Below are positions 28,110-38,229 of a DNA stretch of 64,000 bases, in pieces; the first letter of the stretch is position 1, and every line of letters starts with the position of its first letter. This stretch comes from Candidatus Freyarchaeum deiterrae (lineage in GTDB: Archaea > Asgardarchaeota > Jordiarchaeia > Jordiarchaeales > Jordiarchaeaceae): assembly GCA_037305845.1 (NCBI GenBank), contig CP147778.1, positions 704,001 through 768,000 on the forward strand, written 5' to 3'. The notes beneath the pieces were generated by a model. That model ran no database searches. It saw nothing but the letters and a program-made list of their open reading frames with translations, and was not told the origin of the DNA. The position numbers were made by a program, and so were the translations under genes.

Positions 28110-28679
28110 GTGTATGAATTGAAGAAACTTTTGGAGGTTAGGTGGCACGGCAGAGGAGGCCAAGGAGTTTGGACAACCAGTGAACTCCTAGCGCGTGCCG
28201 CTATTATTGAGGGTAAGTACGTACAATCGTTTCCAGAGTTTGGTCCCGAGAGGATGGGTGCGCCGGTGGCGGCTTTCACGAGAATCAGTGATGAGCCGAT
28301 TCAACTGCATTGCGCTGTGTATAACCCGGATGTGGTGGTGGTGTTGGATCCGACTCTGATTAAGACTGTTCCGGTTGCTCAGGGATTAGATGATGGCGGT
28401 GCTGTTGTGGTGAATTCTAGGGGGGAACCAGTTGAAATCCGAAGTGCAATCAGGCTTGAGGGGGGTAGGGTTTGGGTTATTCCGGCGACGGAGATTGCCG
28501 TCAGAATTCTGGGGAGACCGATTATGAACACAGCAATGTTGGGCGCGGCGGCTCGTGTGATGGGTGTGGTTAGTTTGGATAGTCTTGAGAGGGTAGTTAG
28601 GGAGCGTTTTGGGCATGGTGCTGGCGAGAAGAATGTTTCCGTCATGAGAGAGGCGTATAGGGAGGTGAAATCGGAGTGA
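28110..28679 (+). CDS. porC: 2-oxoacid:ferredoxin oxidoreductase gamma subunit
   Basis: WHGRGGQG, FGPERMGAPV, NTAMLGA. Confidence 0.9.
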   Translation: MYELKKLLEVRWHGRGGQGVWTTSELLARAAIIEGKYVQSFPEFGPERMGAPVAAFTRISDEPIQLHCAVYNPDVVVVLDPTLIKTVPVAQGLDDGGAVVVNSRGEPVEIRSAIRLEGGRVWVIPATEIAVRILGRPIMNTAMLGAAARVMGVVSLDSLERVVRERFGHGAGEKNVSVMREAYREVKSE

Positions 28680-30346
28680 AGTCTCAATGGAAGCGTTGGG
28701 ATGAGATTCCAATAGCGGGCGTGTGCTGGAGACCGAGTACCGATTATTTAACCGGGGACTGGAGGAGCTTTAAGCCGGTTTGGGTTGAGCGTGTGTCACC
28801 GTGCACGTATAATTGTCCGGCATGGAATCGTATTCCCCAGTACTTGAGAAAAATCCGGGATGGGAAACTTGATGAGGCGGCGGAAATTCTTTTGGAGACT
28901 AATCCTTTGCCGTCGATTACTGGTAGAGTTTGTCCCCACTTCTGTGTGCAGGGCTGCAATCGCGGTCGGTATGATGAAGCGATATCCATAAGAGATGTGG
29001 AGCGGTTCCTAGGCGACTACATCCTGGATAAGAAGGGTGAAATTCTAACCCGTTCTCTTGCACCGGAAAATGGGAGAAGTGTTGCGATAATTGGTTCTGG
29101 ACCTTGTGGTCTTTCGGGAGCCTATTACCTGAGAAAAATGGGCTACAGGGTAGTCGTATTTGAAAGGGAGGAGAAACCGGCGGGGGTGTTAACATATGGA
29201 ATACCTTCATACAGGCTTCCCAAGCAGATAGTCGAGAAGGAGGTTTTAGCGCTCACGAAAGCAGGGGTTGAAATTAGAACAAACGTTGCTGTTGGTGTTG
29301 ATGTGGACTTTGAGGATGTCCGAAGAGAATATGATGCCGTTCTGTTGGCTACGGGCGTACCGAGGGAGGCGGAAATGGGGATACCGGGTGAAGATTTGAT
29401 GATTCCGGGGTTGGAATTCTTAAAAAGAGTGAACGAGGGGTTGAGGGAGTCTCCTGGAGAGGGTGTCGCCGTGATTGGAGGGGGAAACGTCAGCATGGAT
29501 GTTTCTAGAACTCTGAAAAGGTTGGGTGCGAATCCGGTAGTCCTCTATAGACGGAGCGAGAAAGAGATGCCCGCAATTGCCGAGGAGGTAGAGAAAGCGA
29601 AGCAGGATGGTGTGCAGCTGCAGTTCTTAACTCAGCCAGTGGAAGCGTCGAGGAAGAACAATAAAATCGTGCTTAAATGCGTAAAGATGCAACTGGGGGA
29701 GCCGGATGACTCTGGGAGGAGGAGACCAGTGCCCGTTGAGGGATCAGAATTCACTTTGGAGTTTGACGCTGTAATTAAAGCGGTGGGTGAGAGCCCCGAC
29801 ACGACATGGATTCCAAGGGAATTCCTTAGCGATAATGGATGGGTGAAGGTAAACGAATCGACGTACTTGGTTGCGGGGAATGTCTTTGCTGCGGGAGACT
29901 TGACGTCTGGTCCGGCGACAGTTGTTGAAGCCGTAACCGCTGGGAGAAAAGCGGCGAAAAGCATAGATCAGTATCTGAAGGGAGAGGAGTTCAAGGCGGA
30001 AACGCCACTAGGAGAACCCGTTAAATTCGAAGAAATGAACCTTGCACATTATTACGAATTAGCGGGAAGAGTGGAAACTCCTGAGCGTCCCCCGCGGGAT
30101 AGAATGGGAACGTTTGATACTGAAGAGGTTTCGGGTATTGGTTTGGAATATGCCAAAGGGGAGGCTGATAGATGTTTCAGTTGTGGTTACTGTAGAGTGT
30201 GTGGGCTTTGCGCAATTTTCTGTCCGGACTCTGCGGTGAAGTTGAGGGGTGATAGTCCGGAATGTAACTATGATTTTTGTAAGGGTTGCGGGATATGTGC
30301 AAATGAGTGTCCGTGTAAAGCCATAATCATGGAAATGGAGAGATGA
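28676..30346 (+). CDS. PorD (delta) ferredoxin subunit with inserted GltD/NfnB-like FAD/NAD(P) oxidoreductase
   Basis: PorD-like TGDWRSFKPV start; CTYNCP, GRVCPHFC, GSGPCG, GGGNVSMD, FAAGD; C-terminal 2x[4Fe-4S] CRVCGLC..CP / CKGCGICANECP. Confidence 0.85.
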   Translation: MKSQWKRWDEIPIAGVCWRPSTDYLTGDWRSFKPVWVERVSPCTYNCPAWNRIPQYLRKIRDGKLDEAAEILLETNPLPSITGRVCPHFCVQGCNRGRYDEAISIRDVERFLGDYILDKKGEILTRSLAPENGRSVAIIGSGPCGLSGAYYLRKMGYRVVVFEREEKPAGVLTYGIPSYRLPKQIVEKEVLALTKAGVEIRTNVAVGVDVDFEDVRREYDAVLLATGVPREAEMGIPGEDLMIPGLEFLKRVNEGLRESPGEGVAVIGGGNVSMDVSRTLKRLGANPVVLYRRSEKEMPAIAEEVEKAKQDGVQLQFLTQPVEASRKNNKIVLKCVKMQLGEPDDSGRRRPVPVEGSEFTLEFDAVIKAVGESPDTTWIPREFLSDNGWVKVNESTYLVAGNVFAAGDLTSGPATVVEAVTAGRKAAKSIDQYLKGEEFKAETPLGEPVKFEEMNLAHYYELAGRVETPERPPRDRMGTFDTEEVSGIGLEYAKGEADRCFSCGYCRVCGLCAIFCPDSAVKLRGDSPECNYDFCKGCGICANECPCKAIIMEMER

Positions 30347-31569
30347 ATAGAATGCTTGTTGAACAAAGGGTTTTAGCCTTGAATGGAAATGAAGCAGTTG
30401 CGTATGTTGTCAAGCAAGCGGATGTTGATGTGGTGGCGGCTTACCCTATAACTCCCCAAACGATAATTGTTGAGAGATTAGGCGAGTACGTTGCCAAGGG
30501 AGAGGTTAATATGGAATTTATTTGTGTTGAGTCGGAGCATAGCGCGTTGTCGGCGTGTTTGGCTGCTTCAGCAATGGGTGCGAGGGTCTTCACAGCTTCA
30601 GCGTCTGCGGGATTAGCGTTGATGCATGAAATTCTCTACGTGACTTCAGGGTGTCGTGCACCGGTTGTTATGGCGGTTGTTAATAGAACCTTTTCTTCGC
30701 CGGCAAATATTCACTGTGAGCATACGGACAGCATGGTTGAGCGGGACAGTAGCTGGATACAAATGTATGTGGAAAATTCACAGGAAGCTTACGACTCCAT
30801 GATTCAGGCTTTTCGAATAGCGGAGCATCCGGACATTATGTTGCCGATTATGGTTTGCTTGGACGGTTTCACGTTGAGTCATACGCTGGAGAATGTGCGT
30901 GTTCTTCCAGATGATGCCGTCAGAAATTTTGTTGGGAACCGCGAATTCCCGCTGGTGACGAATCATCGGGGAAAAACTGTGCCCTTTAAGCTTGACTTTG
31001 AGAATCCGATAACCATTGGATCGCTGGATTTACAGGATTACTATTTTGAACATAAGAGACAGCAGGAAGAAGCCATGGGGAAGGCGCTGGAAATCATTCA
31101 GCGGATAAATGAGGAATACGCAAGGATGAGTGGAAGACGGTACGGGGACGGCTTTCTTGATGCATATAAGCTTGAGGATGCTGAAATAGCTGCGGTGTGC
31201 GTTGGCTCAACAGCTGGGACTGTGAAAGCAGTTGTAGACGACCTAAGGGCGGAGGGAGTTAAAGCGGGTGTACTTAGAATCCGCACGTTCAGGCCTTTAC
31301 CGGTTGAGGGAATAGTTAGGGCGCTTGAGAACGTTAAGGCGGTGGCGGTCATGGATAGAAGCATTAGTTATGGAGGACAGGGTGGACCGGTATTCCACGA
31401 AGTTCACCATGCACTTTACGATACATCAAACCGTCCACAAGTGGTTAACTACATTTATGGTATAGGCGGGAGAGACACGAGTCCAAGCCAGATACGAAAA
31501 ATCTACGAAGAACTAGGGGAGATACTGGAAGCAGGACGCGTTGAGAATCCTGTCAGATTTGTTGATTGA
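30343..31569 (+). CDS. porA: 2-oxoacid:ferredoxin oxidoreductase alpha subunit
   Basis: AAYPITPQT, VESEHSA, GLALMHE, GIGGRD. Confidence 0.92.
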   Translation: MNRMLVEQRVLALNGNEAVAYVVKQADVDVVAAYPITPQTIIVERLGEYVAKGEVNMEFICVESEHSALSACLAASAMGARVFTASASAGLALMHEILYVTSGCRAPVVMAVVNRTFSSPANIHCEHTDSMVERDSSWIQMYVENSQEAYDSMIQAFRIAEHPDIMLPIMVCLDGFTLSHTLENVRVLPDDAVRNFVGNREFPLVTNHRGKTVPFKLDFENPITIGSLDLQDYYFEHKRQQEEAMGKALEIIQRINEEYARMSGRRYGDGFLDAYKLEDAEIAAVCVGSTAGTVKAVVDDLRAEGVKAGVLRIRTFRPLPVEGIVRALENVKAVAVMDRSISYGGQGGPVFHEVHHALYDTSNRPQVVNYIYGIGGRDTSPSQIRKIYEELGEILEAGRVENPVRFVD

Positions 31570-31582
31570 AGGAAGTGGAAGG

Positions 31583-32569
31583 ATGAAGGAAAAAATGGAA
31601 CCATTTTCTGAATGGAAATTCACCACGAAAGAGATAGCTGAAAAACCAGATTTGTTCATGTCCGGACACCGAGCTTGCGCCGGATGCGGAGCGACCATCG
31701 TTCTGAGACTCGTCATGAAAGCGGTCAGGGGATCAACAATAGTTACTAATGCGACAGGCTGCATGGAGGTTATCTCAACGATTTATCCGTACACGGCGTG
31801 GGATGCACCATGGTTACACACCGCCTTCGAAAACGTAGCCGCAAACGCTTCGGGAATTGAAGCAGCGATAAAAGCGCTCAAAAGAAAGGGAGAAATAAGT
31901 CAGGAAGAACAAATAGACATTGTCGCCTTCGCTGGAGACGGAGGAACCTACGACATTGGAATCCAAGCCCTGTCGGGAGCCGTTGAAAGAGGACATGATT
32001 TTCTCTACGTGCTCTACGATAACGAGGCGTACATGAACACGGGTGTTCAAAGGAGCGGAGGAACGCCCCGCGGAGCCGCAACAACCACGACGCCAGCGGG
32101 CATAGTTGCACCTGGGAAAATTCAGTGCAAGAAGCCTATTGCAGACATAATCGTCGCCCACAGAGCACCCTATGTTGCCACAGCCTCACCATACTACTGG
32201 GAAGACCTTATCACAAAAGCCAGAAGAGGAATGGAGGTGAAAGGACCAGCATTTCTGCACACACTCGCACCATGTCCGAGGGGATGGCAACACGACACGA
32301 GCAAAACCATGGAAATCGCGCACCTGGCTGTGGAAACATGCATATTTCCATTGTGGGAAGCGATAAACGGCGAATATAGGCTGTCAGAACCGAGCAAGGC
32401 CATAGCTCTAAACCCCGAGAAAAAGAAGCCAGTGAGAGACTATCTCAAAATGCAGGGACGCTTCAGTCACTTATTCACACCAAAATTCGAAGAGGTAATC
32501 GACGAAATCCAAATGTCGACAGACGAAGAATGGGAGCGTTTACTCAAGAAATGTGAAAAGACTATTTAG
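31583..32569 (+). CDS. porB: 2-oxoacid:ferredoxin oxidoreductase beta subunit
   Basis: HRACAGCG, TPP motif GDGG...DNEAYMNTG, PCPRGW. Confidence 0.92.
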   Translation: MKEKMEPFSEWKFTTKEIAEKPDLFMSGHRACAGCGATIVLRLVMKAVRGSTIVTNATGCMEVISTIYPYTAWDAPWLHTAFENVAANASGIEAAIKALKRKGEISQEEQIDIVAFAGDGGTYDIGIQALSGAVERGHDFLYVLYDNEAYMNTGVQRSGGTPRGAATTTTPAGIVAPGKIQCKKPIADIIVAHRAPYVATASPYYWEDLITKARRGMEVKGPAFLHTLAPCPRGWQHDTSKTMEIAHLAVETCIFPLWEAINGEYRLSEPSKAIALNPEKKKPVRDYLKMQGRFSHLFTPKFEEVIDEIQMSTDEEWERLLKKCEKTI

Positions 32570-32743
32570 AGTGGTACCGTTGATATCATTGCTCAGGTCA
32601 CTCAACACAACCTTGATAAATTTTTAAAAACGGTTTCAGAAATTGATTTAGGGTGTCGAGGAAACTAGCGCCCATATTGTTGGGCTCGAAACCATAATAA
32701 CCTGATTTGAAAAAGATTTTAGGGAATTTCATCTGCTTTGCAA

Positions 32744-33616
32744 TTAGAATCCGTGCTCGTTTATTATCCTAGCGATATCGGATGGTTTTTCGGCTATGTG
32801 AATTCCTGCCTTTTTGAAGGCGTTTATTTTGCTTGATGCTGTGCCTTTTCCGCCTGATATTATGGCACCTGCGTGTCCCATTTTTTTTCCGGGAGGGGCT
32901 GTTCTGCCGGCGATAAAGGCGATTATTGGTTTTTCGTATTTTGTTCTGGTGACATATTCTGCGGCTTCTTCTTCCATGGTGCCTCCTATTTCGCAAATAA
33001 GTGCTATCGCTCTGGTTTCTGAATCCTGCCTGAACATCTCGAGAACATCGATGTAATTTAGTCCGGTGACCTTATCCCCGCCTATTCCTAAACATGTTGA
33101 CTGGCCCTGTTTTGAAACTGTTAATTTAGACGCTATCTCGTAGCTAAGTGTGCCAGACCTGCTAATTAAACCTATATTTCCTCTACTGAATACATGGGTG
33201 GGCATGATTCCTAGTTTGAATTCGTTTGGGGTAATTATGCCGGGAGTGTTCGGTCCTATGATTTTGATGTTTTTCTTTCTGGCTTCTTCTAATACTATCA
33301 TTGAATCAAGCACCGGGATGCCTTCGGTAATTACCACTATGGGGCTGAGAGACTGTTCTATGGCCTCTAGAACCGCTTCCTTACAGAATCTTGCTGGAAC
33401 AAATATTATCGATGCTTCTGCATCATGGTTGGACAAAGCATCCTTAATCGAATCATAAACAGGTACGCCGTGAATTTCTTCCCCACCCTTGCCGGGAGTT
33501 ACGCCCGCAACAATTCTTGTTCCGTACTCTAGCATGAGTTTTGTGTGGAAACTTCCCTGGTTTCCGGTTATACCCTGGACGATCACTTTGGTGTTTTTAG
33601 CTGTCAGTATTGGCAT
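32744..33616 (-). CDS. sucD: Succinate--CoA ligase alpha subunit
   Basis: QGITG, GPNTPG, SRSGTL, MGHAGA. Confidence 0.95.
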   Translation of the reverse strand: MPILTAKNTKVIVQGITGNQGSFHTKLMLEYGTRIVAGVTPGKGGEEIHGVPVYDSIKDALSNHDAEASIIFVPARFCKEAVLEAIEQSLSPIVVITEGIPVLDSMIVLEEARKKNIKIIGPNTPGIITPNEFKLGIMPTHVFSRGNIGLISRSGTLSYEIASKLTVSKQGQSTCLGIGGDKVTGLNYIDVLEMFRQDSETRAIALICEIGGTMEEEAAEYVTRTKYEKPIIAFIAGRTAPPGKKMGHAGAIISGGKGTASSKINAFKKAGIHIAEKPSDIARIINEHGF

Positions 33617-34750
33617 TTAATTCCTCCTTGATGTTTCCACAGCTTTTTGAGCCGCTTCCTCCATACTGTCGTATGTTTTTATTCCTATGTCTTCAAGAAG
33701 TTTCTTTCCTTCTTCTTCGTTGGTTCCTACCATTCTAACTACTAGTGGTTTCCTCGAGGGGCATTCATTAAGTGTATTAATTATCCCCATTGCTACCTCA
33801 TCGCAGCGTGTTATGCCTCCTAGGATATTTATGAAAACCATTTTTATTTTTTGATTTATGAGAAGAATTCTTAACGCCGCTGAGACATTATCTCTTGTGG
33901 CGCCTCCACCCAGATCAAGGAAATCAGCGGGTTTTCCACCGTAGAGAGAGATAATATCCATGGTAGCCATGATAAGACCCGCCCCGTTTCCCACTATCCC
34001 AATATCGCCATCCAATTCAACATAGTTTAGTCCTGCTTGGAGTGCCATGGACTCTGATTCAGAGCTGCACGCCAAAATGTCTTTTTTAAATTCAGGGTGT
34101 CTGAAGAGCGCGTTATCATCTATTATGATCTTAGCATCAAGGGCCACGAGTTCACCACTCTTTGTTTTGGCCAGAGGGTTCAACTCTACAAGTTCTGCAT
34201 CATAATTAACCATAATTTCCCATAATTTTTTTAGATATGATGAAACCTGTAAAAGTTCTCTTCCTTTAAGTCCTATCTGTTCAATCAGGTTTTTCGACTC
34301 TAAATCGCTTAGTCCAATTATAGGATAGATGTATTTTTTATGTATTCTTTCTGGATTTTTAATTGCGACCTCCGAAATGTCTACTCCGCCATATTTACTG
34401 GCTATGGCGACTGGCTTCTTAGCAGAACTGTCTACCGTTATTCCAATATATAATTCGTCTTCAGAATCGATCTTCTCCTCTATTAGTAGCTTTTCAATTT
34501 TACAGTTTTCTAGTTGTGTGTTAAGGAGCTCAGCTGCCTTATTACCGGCTTCTTGAGGGGCTTCGGCAAACTTTATTCCCCCCAATTTTCCTCTGCTCCC
34601 AATAGGAATTTGTGCTTTAACCACAACCGGACCGCCTAAACTCTTCGCGATTTTAACTGCTTCTTTAGGCGAACCTGCAACTGAACCCCTAGGCGTGGGG
34701 ATGCCGTATTCTCGTATTATTTTTTTACATTCGTACTCAACAAGTCGCAA
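33617..34750 (-). CDS. sucC: Succinate--CoA ligase beta subunit
   Basis: KAQI..RGKLGG, ELNPL, GNGAGL, FLDLGGG, GGITRCD. Confidence 0.95.
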   Translation of the reverse strand: MRLVEYECKKIIREYGIPTPRGSVAGSPKEAVKIAKSLGGPVVVKAQIPIGSRGKLGGIKFAEAPQEAGNKAAELLNTQLENCKIEKLLIEEKIDSEDELYIGITVDSSAKKPVAIASKYGGVDISEVAIKNPERIHKKYIYPIIGLSDLESKNLIEQIGLKGRELLQVSSYLKKLWEIMVNYDAELVELNPLAKTKSGELVALDAKIIIDDNALFRHPEFKKDILACSSESESMALQAGLNYVELDGDIGIVGNGAGLIMATMDIISLYGGKPADFLDLGGGATRDNVSAALRILLINQKIKMVFINILGGITRCDEVAMGIINTLNECPSRKPLVVRMVGTNEEEGKKLLEDIGIKTYDSMEEAAQKAVETSRRN

Positions 34751-34800
34751 CTATTACCATCTGCCAAAACTGTTTTTTAAAAATTAAAAACGGGTACAGA

Positions 34801-34866
34801 ATTCTTCAATCTCAAATCTCCTCTCCACATGAATATTCCTAGCAACGCCAGTATTTCAATTTTGTC
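34801..34866. repeat. About 65-bp imperfect direct repeat, copy 2, upstream of sucC
   Basis: Aligns with 27915-27976. Confidence 0.65.
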
Positions 34867-34958
34867 AACATGTGGTGGTATTGTCTACTTGAAATCGTCA
34901 GGAGACGCGAAGCTTTTTATGTTTGGTCTTCCAGCTTTATTCGAGGTTTGGATACACC

Positions 34959-35243
34959 ATGGTTGAAAAGAAGTTCAAATTATCTGCACATATAAGTAGT
35001 GATAATCCGTCAGCAATCAAACCAGTACTTGAACGAGTTATAGGAAGTAAGGGAACCGTTAAGCCTACGAGTGATGGTTTCGAAGTCAACGCGGATCTCG
35101 TTGGAGAGAACGCCAGAGACCTGAACCGCTCGCTACTTTCGGAGCTGCGTAAGGTTGTGAAGAAGACCAGACTCCGCGCAGAATGGACTTCGGGCAATAC
35201 AACTGAGAGGTTCTTCGATTATAGTGCGCGCTCTAAAAAATAG
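34959..35243 (+). CDS. Small hypothetical protein
   Basis: GAGGT RBS then ATG (MVEKKFKLSA...) inside ORF 34923..35243. Confidence 0.6.
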   Translation: MVEKKFKLSAHISSDNPSAIKPVLERVIGSKGTVKPTSDGFEVNADLVGENARDLNRSLLSELRKVVKKTRLRAEWTSGNTTERFFDYSARSKK

Positions 35244-35379
35244 ATAGTGTCAATTTATGGTTAATGTTGGCAGTAATAATATTTACTATGAGATTCGTGG
35301 AGAGGATTTCCTCTTGTTACTATAAGCGGGGCAGCTGCCGATGTGGATTGAGAGCTTTTACACCCTATTTTGGATTTTT

Positions 35380-35718
35380 TTATAGTAGTGGTAGTAGGTG
35401 GACGAGTGATGTAGTGTATGTTGTGGGGTTTTGGGTTAACCATTGGTTTATGAGTTGGTATAAGTATAGTGCGACGTAGTCACTTATTCCGCCCATGATG
35501 TCTGTTATTAGGGGGATTATGGTTTGCCATTCTGCTGATACTCCGATTAATATTAGGCTGACTGCTATTCCTATCAGGTTTCCTGTGCGGTGGTGGGAGA
35601 GGGTAATCATCACCAGGTTTAGGATGAGGAGTCCTATTCCTGCGACTAGTGTTAGTCCGAAGAGCAGGCTGAGCAGGCTCTGCACGATGGGGTTGAACAG
35701 AATCCAGTATGTGCTCAT
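35380..35718 (-). CDS. Small membrane protein
   Basis: 2-3 hydrophobic helices; GGAGG upstream. Confidence 0.6.
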   Translation of the reverse strand: MSTYWILFNPIVQSLLSLLFGLTLVAGIGLLILNLVMITLSHHRTGNLIGIAVSLILIGVSAEWQTIIPLITDIMGGISDYVALYLYQLINQWLTQNPTTYTTSLVHLLPLL

Positions 35719-35922
35719 AACAAAAGCCTCTCCCTCCTATTCCAAGCTTGGGTATATGAACACCACGAAGTTTAAAACTCGAAAGAACCGAGAACCGAAG
35801 CTCACTCCCCGCTAAACGATGGGCATCTTGGGTGATTTAAAAATAGAGGATGTTGTGAGTTGGGAGAGAGAGAAGAAGATTTTTGGGGAGAGTTTAGGTT
35901 TGGGTTGTTGTGGCGGGGATTC

Positions 35923-36135
35923 TCATTTTTCTGGTTTGACTATTAGGTATCCTTGGTCTATGAGCCAGTGGTGGAATTGGTAGGTTGTGTATTTGCATTT
36001 GTTTTTACAAGTGTCTCTGATTTTTTCGTATTCTTTGGTGCCTTCTTTCTTGGTTTCGAGTTCTAATTGAGTGGGACATTTTACGTCTTTGCAGAACTCT
36101 CTTCTTTTATAATCCGCGTAACCCGGAATTGACAT
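35923..36135 (-). CDS. Small Cys/His-rich metal-binding protein
   Basis: CKDVKC...CKNKC...FHHW. Confidence 0.65.
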   Translation of the reverse strand: MSIPGYADYKRREFCKDVKCPTQLELETKKEGTKEYEKIRDTCKNKCKYTTYQFHHWLIDQGYLIVKPEK

Positions 36136-36266
36136 ATTAAATTCACTTCACGCCTGTTCTGGATGCTGGTTGTTTATCGTTCACTATTTTGTGTTTTGTT
36201 ATAAAAGTTTCTGTGGATGGTGATTGTTATCTGGTCTAATTGATGTATGCTGTATTCTTTGGGGAT

Positions 36267-37511
36267 TCATGTTTTTTGGTAGCATAGTAGGTGGACTAGC
36301 TCTTTTGCGTATTTGACCATGTCTTCCGTGTTTATGCTTTCGTCTGCTCCGTGGAAGTTGGATAGTAGGTCGCCTACTCCCATGATTGCTATGTCGTGTC
36401 CTTTTTGGGCTACGTATCCCATGTCTGATGCGCCGGATCCGCCTATGAAGAGGGCGTCTTTGCCGGTTACGTGTTTTACGGCTTCTGCGAGTTTTTTTAC
36501 TATGGGTTTGTCGGGTGTGGTTTTGTAGGGTTTGTATATTTTTATGACGTTGGGCTCTATTGCGAGTGCTTTGGTTTTGGCTTTTGCTGCTTGGACTGTT
36601 TCTAGGAATTCGGCTACTACTTCTTCTTCGTTTTCTTCTGGGATGTATCTTCGGTCTATGGTGATTTTGCATTCGCTGGGGATGATGTTGTCTTTGATTC
36701 CGCCGTGTATCACGTTTATGGAGAATAGGGGCATCATTCTGTCTCCGAGTGGTGTGGGTATGCCGGGCACTTTTGATCTTCTGGGCATGATTTTTTCTTT
36801 GAGTTTTAGGAGTTCCTCTAGGACGGGTACTGTGTTTTCTATGGCGTTTACAGCGTTGAAGAACATCATGGTGTGTGCGGATTTTCCCTTTACTGTGACG
36901 TCGAACTGCATTGCCCCGGCGGTTCCTATGCTTATTACTTGGTGGACTCCTTCGCCGCATATTACGTCGCCTTTGATGTAGTCTTTGTCTGCTAGGTAGT
37001 AGACTCCGGGGTAGACTCCGATTTCTTCGTCTGTGCACATTACGCAGATTATGTTATAGTTGGGTTTTAGTCCGAGTTCTTGTATCACTTTGAGGGCGAG
37101 GAGGAGTGTGGCTATGAATCCTTTCATGTCGCTGGTGCCCCTTCCGTAAATTCTGCCTTCCTTAACTATTCCCTCGAAGGGTGGGGCATTCCACTTTTCC
37201 TCTACGGGTACAACGTCTGTGTGAGCATAGAAGGTTAGGAAGGGCTTGTTACCAGCGCTTTTTTTGCTGGCTACGAGATTTACGCGGGGACCCTCCAGGG
37301 GTATGGGAATTTCCTTAACCTTGTTTTCCGGTACGGTTACCCTCTCGGTTTTGAAGCCGAGCTCAGAAAATTGGGGTTCGAGAAAGCTAACAATTTCCCC
37401 ATAGTTATTACCGGGAGGTACAACTGTCTTAATCTTGACTAAATCTTGTAGAATGTGTATTCCTTCATCCGTAAGTTTTTCAACAAGCTTAAAGGCCTCG
37501 TTCTCGCTCAA
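36267..37511 (-). CDS. M20 family metallopeptidase/deacylase (ArgE/DapE-like)
   Basis: AHTDVVP, GRGTSDMKG, DEEIG, FHGADE. Confidence 0.9.
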   Translation of the reverse strand: MSENEAFKLVEKLTDEGIHILQDLVKIKTVVPPGNNYGEIVSFLEPQFSELGFKTERVTVPENKVKEIPIPLEGPRVNLVASKKSAGNKPFLTFYAHTDVVPVEEKWNAPPFEGIVKEGRIYGRGTSDMKGFIATLLLALKVIQELGLKPNYNIICVMCTDEEIGVYPGVYYLADKDYIKGDVICGEGVHQVISIGTAGAMQFDVTVKGKSAHTMMFFNAVNAIENTVPVLEELLKLKEKIMPRRSKVPGIPTPLGDRMMPLFSINVIHGGIKDNIIPSECKITIDRRYIPEENEEEVVAEFLETVQAAKAKTKALAIEPNVIKIYKPYKTTPDKPIVKKLAEAVKHVTGKDALFIGGSGASDMGYVAQKGHDIAIMGVGDLLSNFHGADESINTEDMVKYAKELVHLLCYQKT

Positions 37512-37821
37512 AATAGTTACACCCCATTACAAAATTCTTCGAATCAGATTGAATTATAATATCCCATTTATAACACTTCTTAAATAAAACTTTTTAAAGA
37601 AAAATGTTTGCCTCAAAATTATTGTGTGAACCATTGATTATTTATAATTCTGAAAACGAAAAAGTTTCATAAAATTTTTGGGAATCGAATCATGTCTATT
37701 TCTACGCACCATGAATTTGCCCACAATAAGTGACGCTAGGTTAATTATGCCTTGAGATTGATGCAGTTTACACACACCAAAATCTTTTTAGCCCAAAAAA
37801 AAGATAATATTAAGCCGGGAG

Positions 37822-38229
37822 ATGAAATTGACAATGTCTAAAAAGCAACCAGTAACCCCGCAAGCTTGGACGTACAATGCGAAGTATCTCGGGGGGCACG
37901 CTGCATTTGCCAAGGACGCTGTAGGTATACTTTACCTGTACCCAGGACCAGATTTCAAGGTTGTCTTTGAATCAAAGACAGTCAATATACAAATTCCCTT
38001 GAGCAGTGTAACAGATTCCAAGATCGTTACGGAGAAAGAACTCAGCGCAGCTCGAGTTTTTCTGGTGGGAATATTAGCTTTTGCCTGGAAAAAGAAGAAT
38101 AGGATGTTACTTGTCGAATTCAAAGATAACCTAGGCAGTACTCAAACCCCCGTCTTTGAACCACAAAAAGTAGATGAGGTTGCAAGCAAGCTATACGAGA
38201 TGAGACAACAGTTGAAAATGAAGTCCTAG
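37822..38229 (+). CDS. Hypothetical protein, possible prokaryotic PH-like fold
   Basis: YLGGH motif, beta-rich, hydrophobic GILAFAWKKK. Confidence 0.55.
   Translation: MKLTMSKKQPVTPQAWTYNAKYLGGHAAFAKDAVGILYLYPGPDFKVVFESKTVNIQIPLSSVTDSKIVTEKELSAARVFLVGILAFAWKKKNRMLLVEFKDNLGSTQTPVFEPQKVDEVASKLYEMRQQLKMKS

Noticed and set aside
32650-32695. tRNA-like fragment (tgggctcgaaacc)
   Set aside because: No cloverleaf or T-arm; at most a weak hairpin between convergent genes
36199-37038. 279-aa Arg/His-rich ORF
   Set aside because: Alternative frame within the M20 gene
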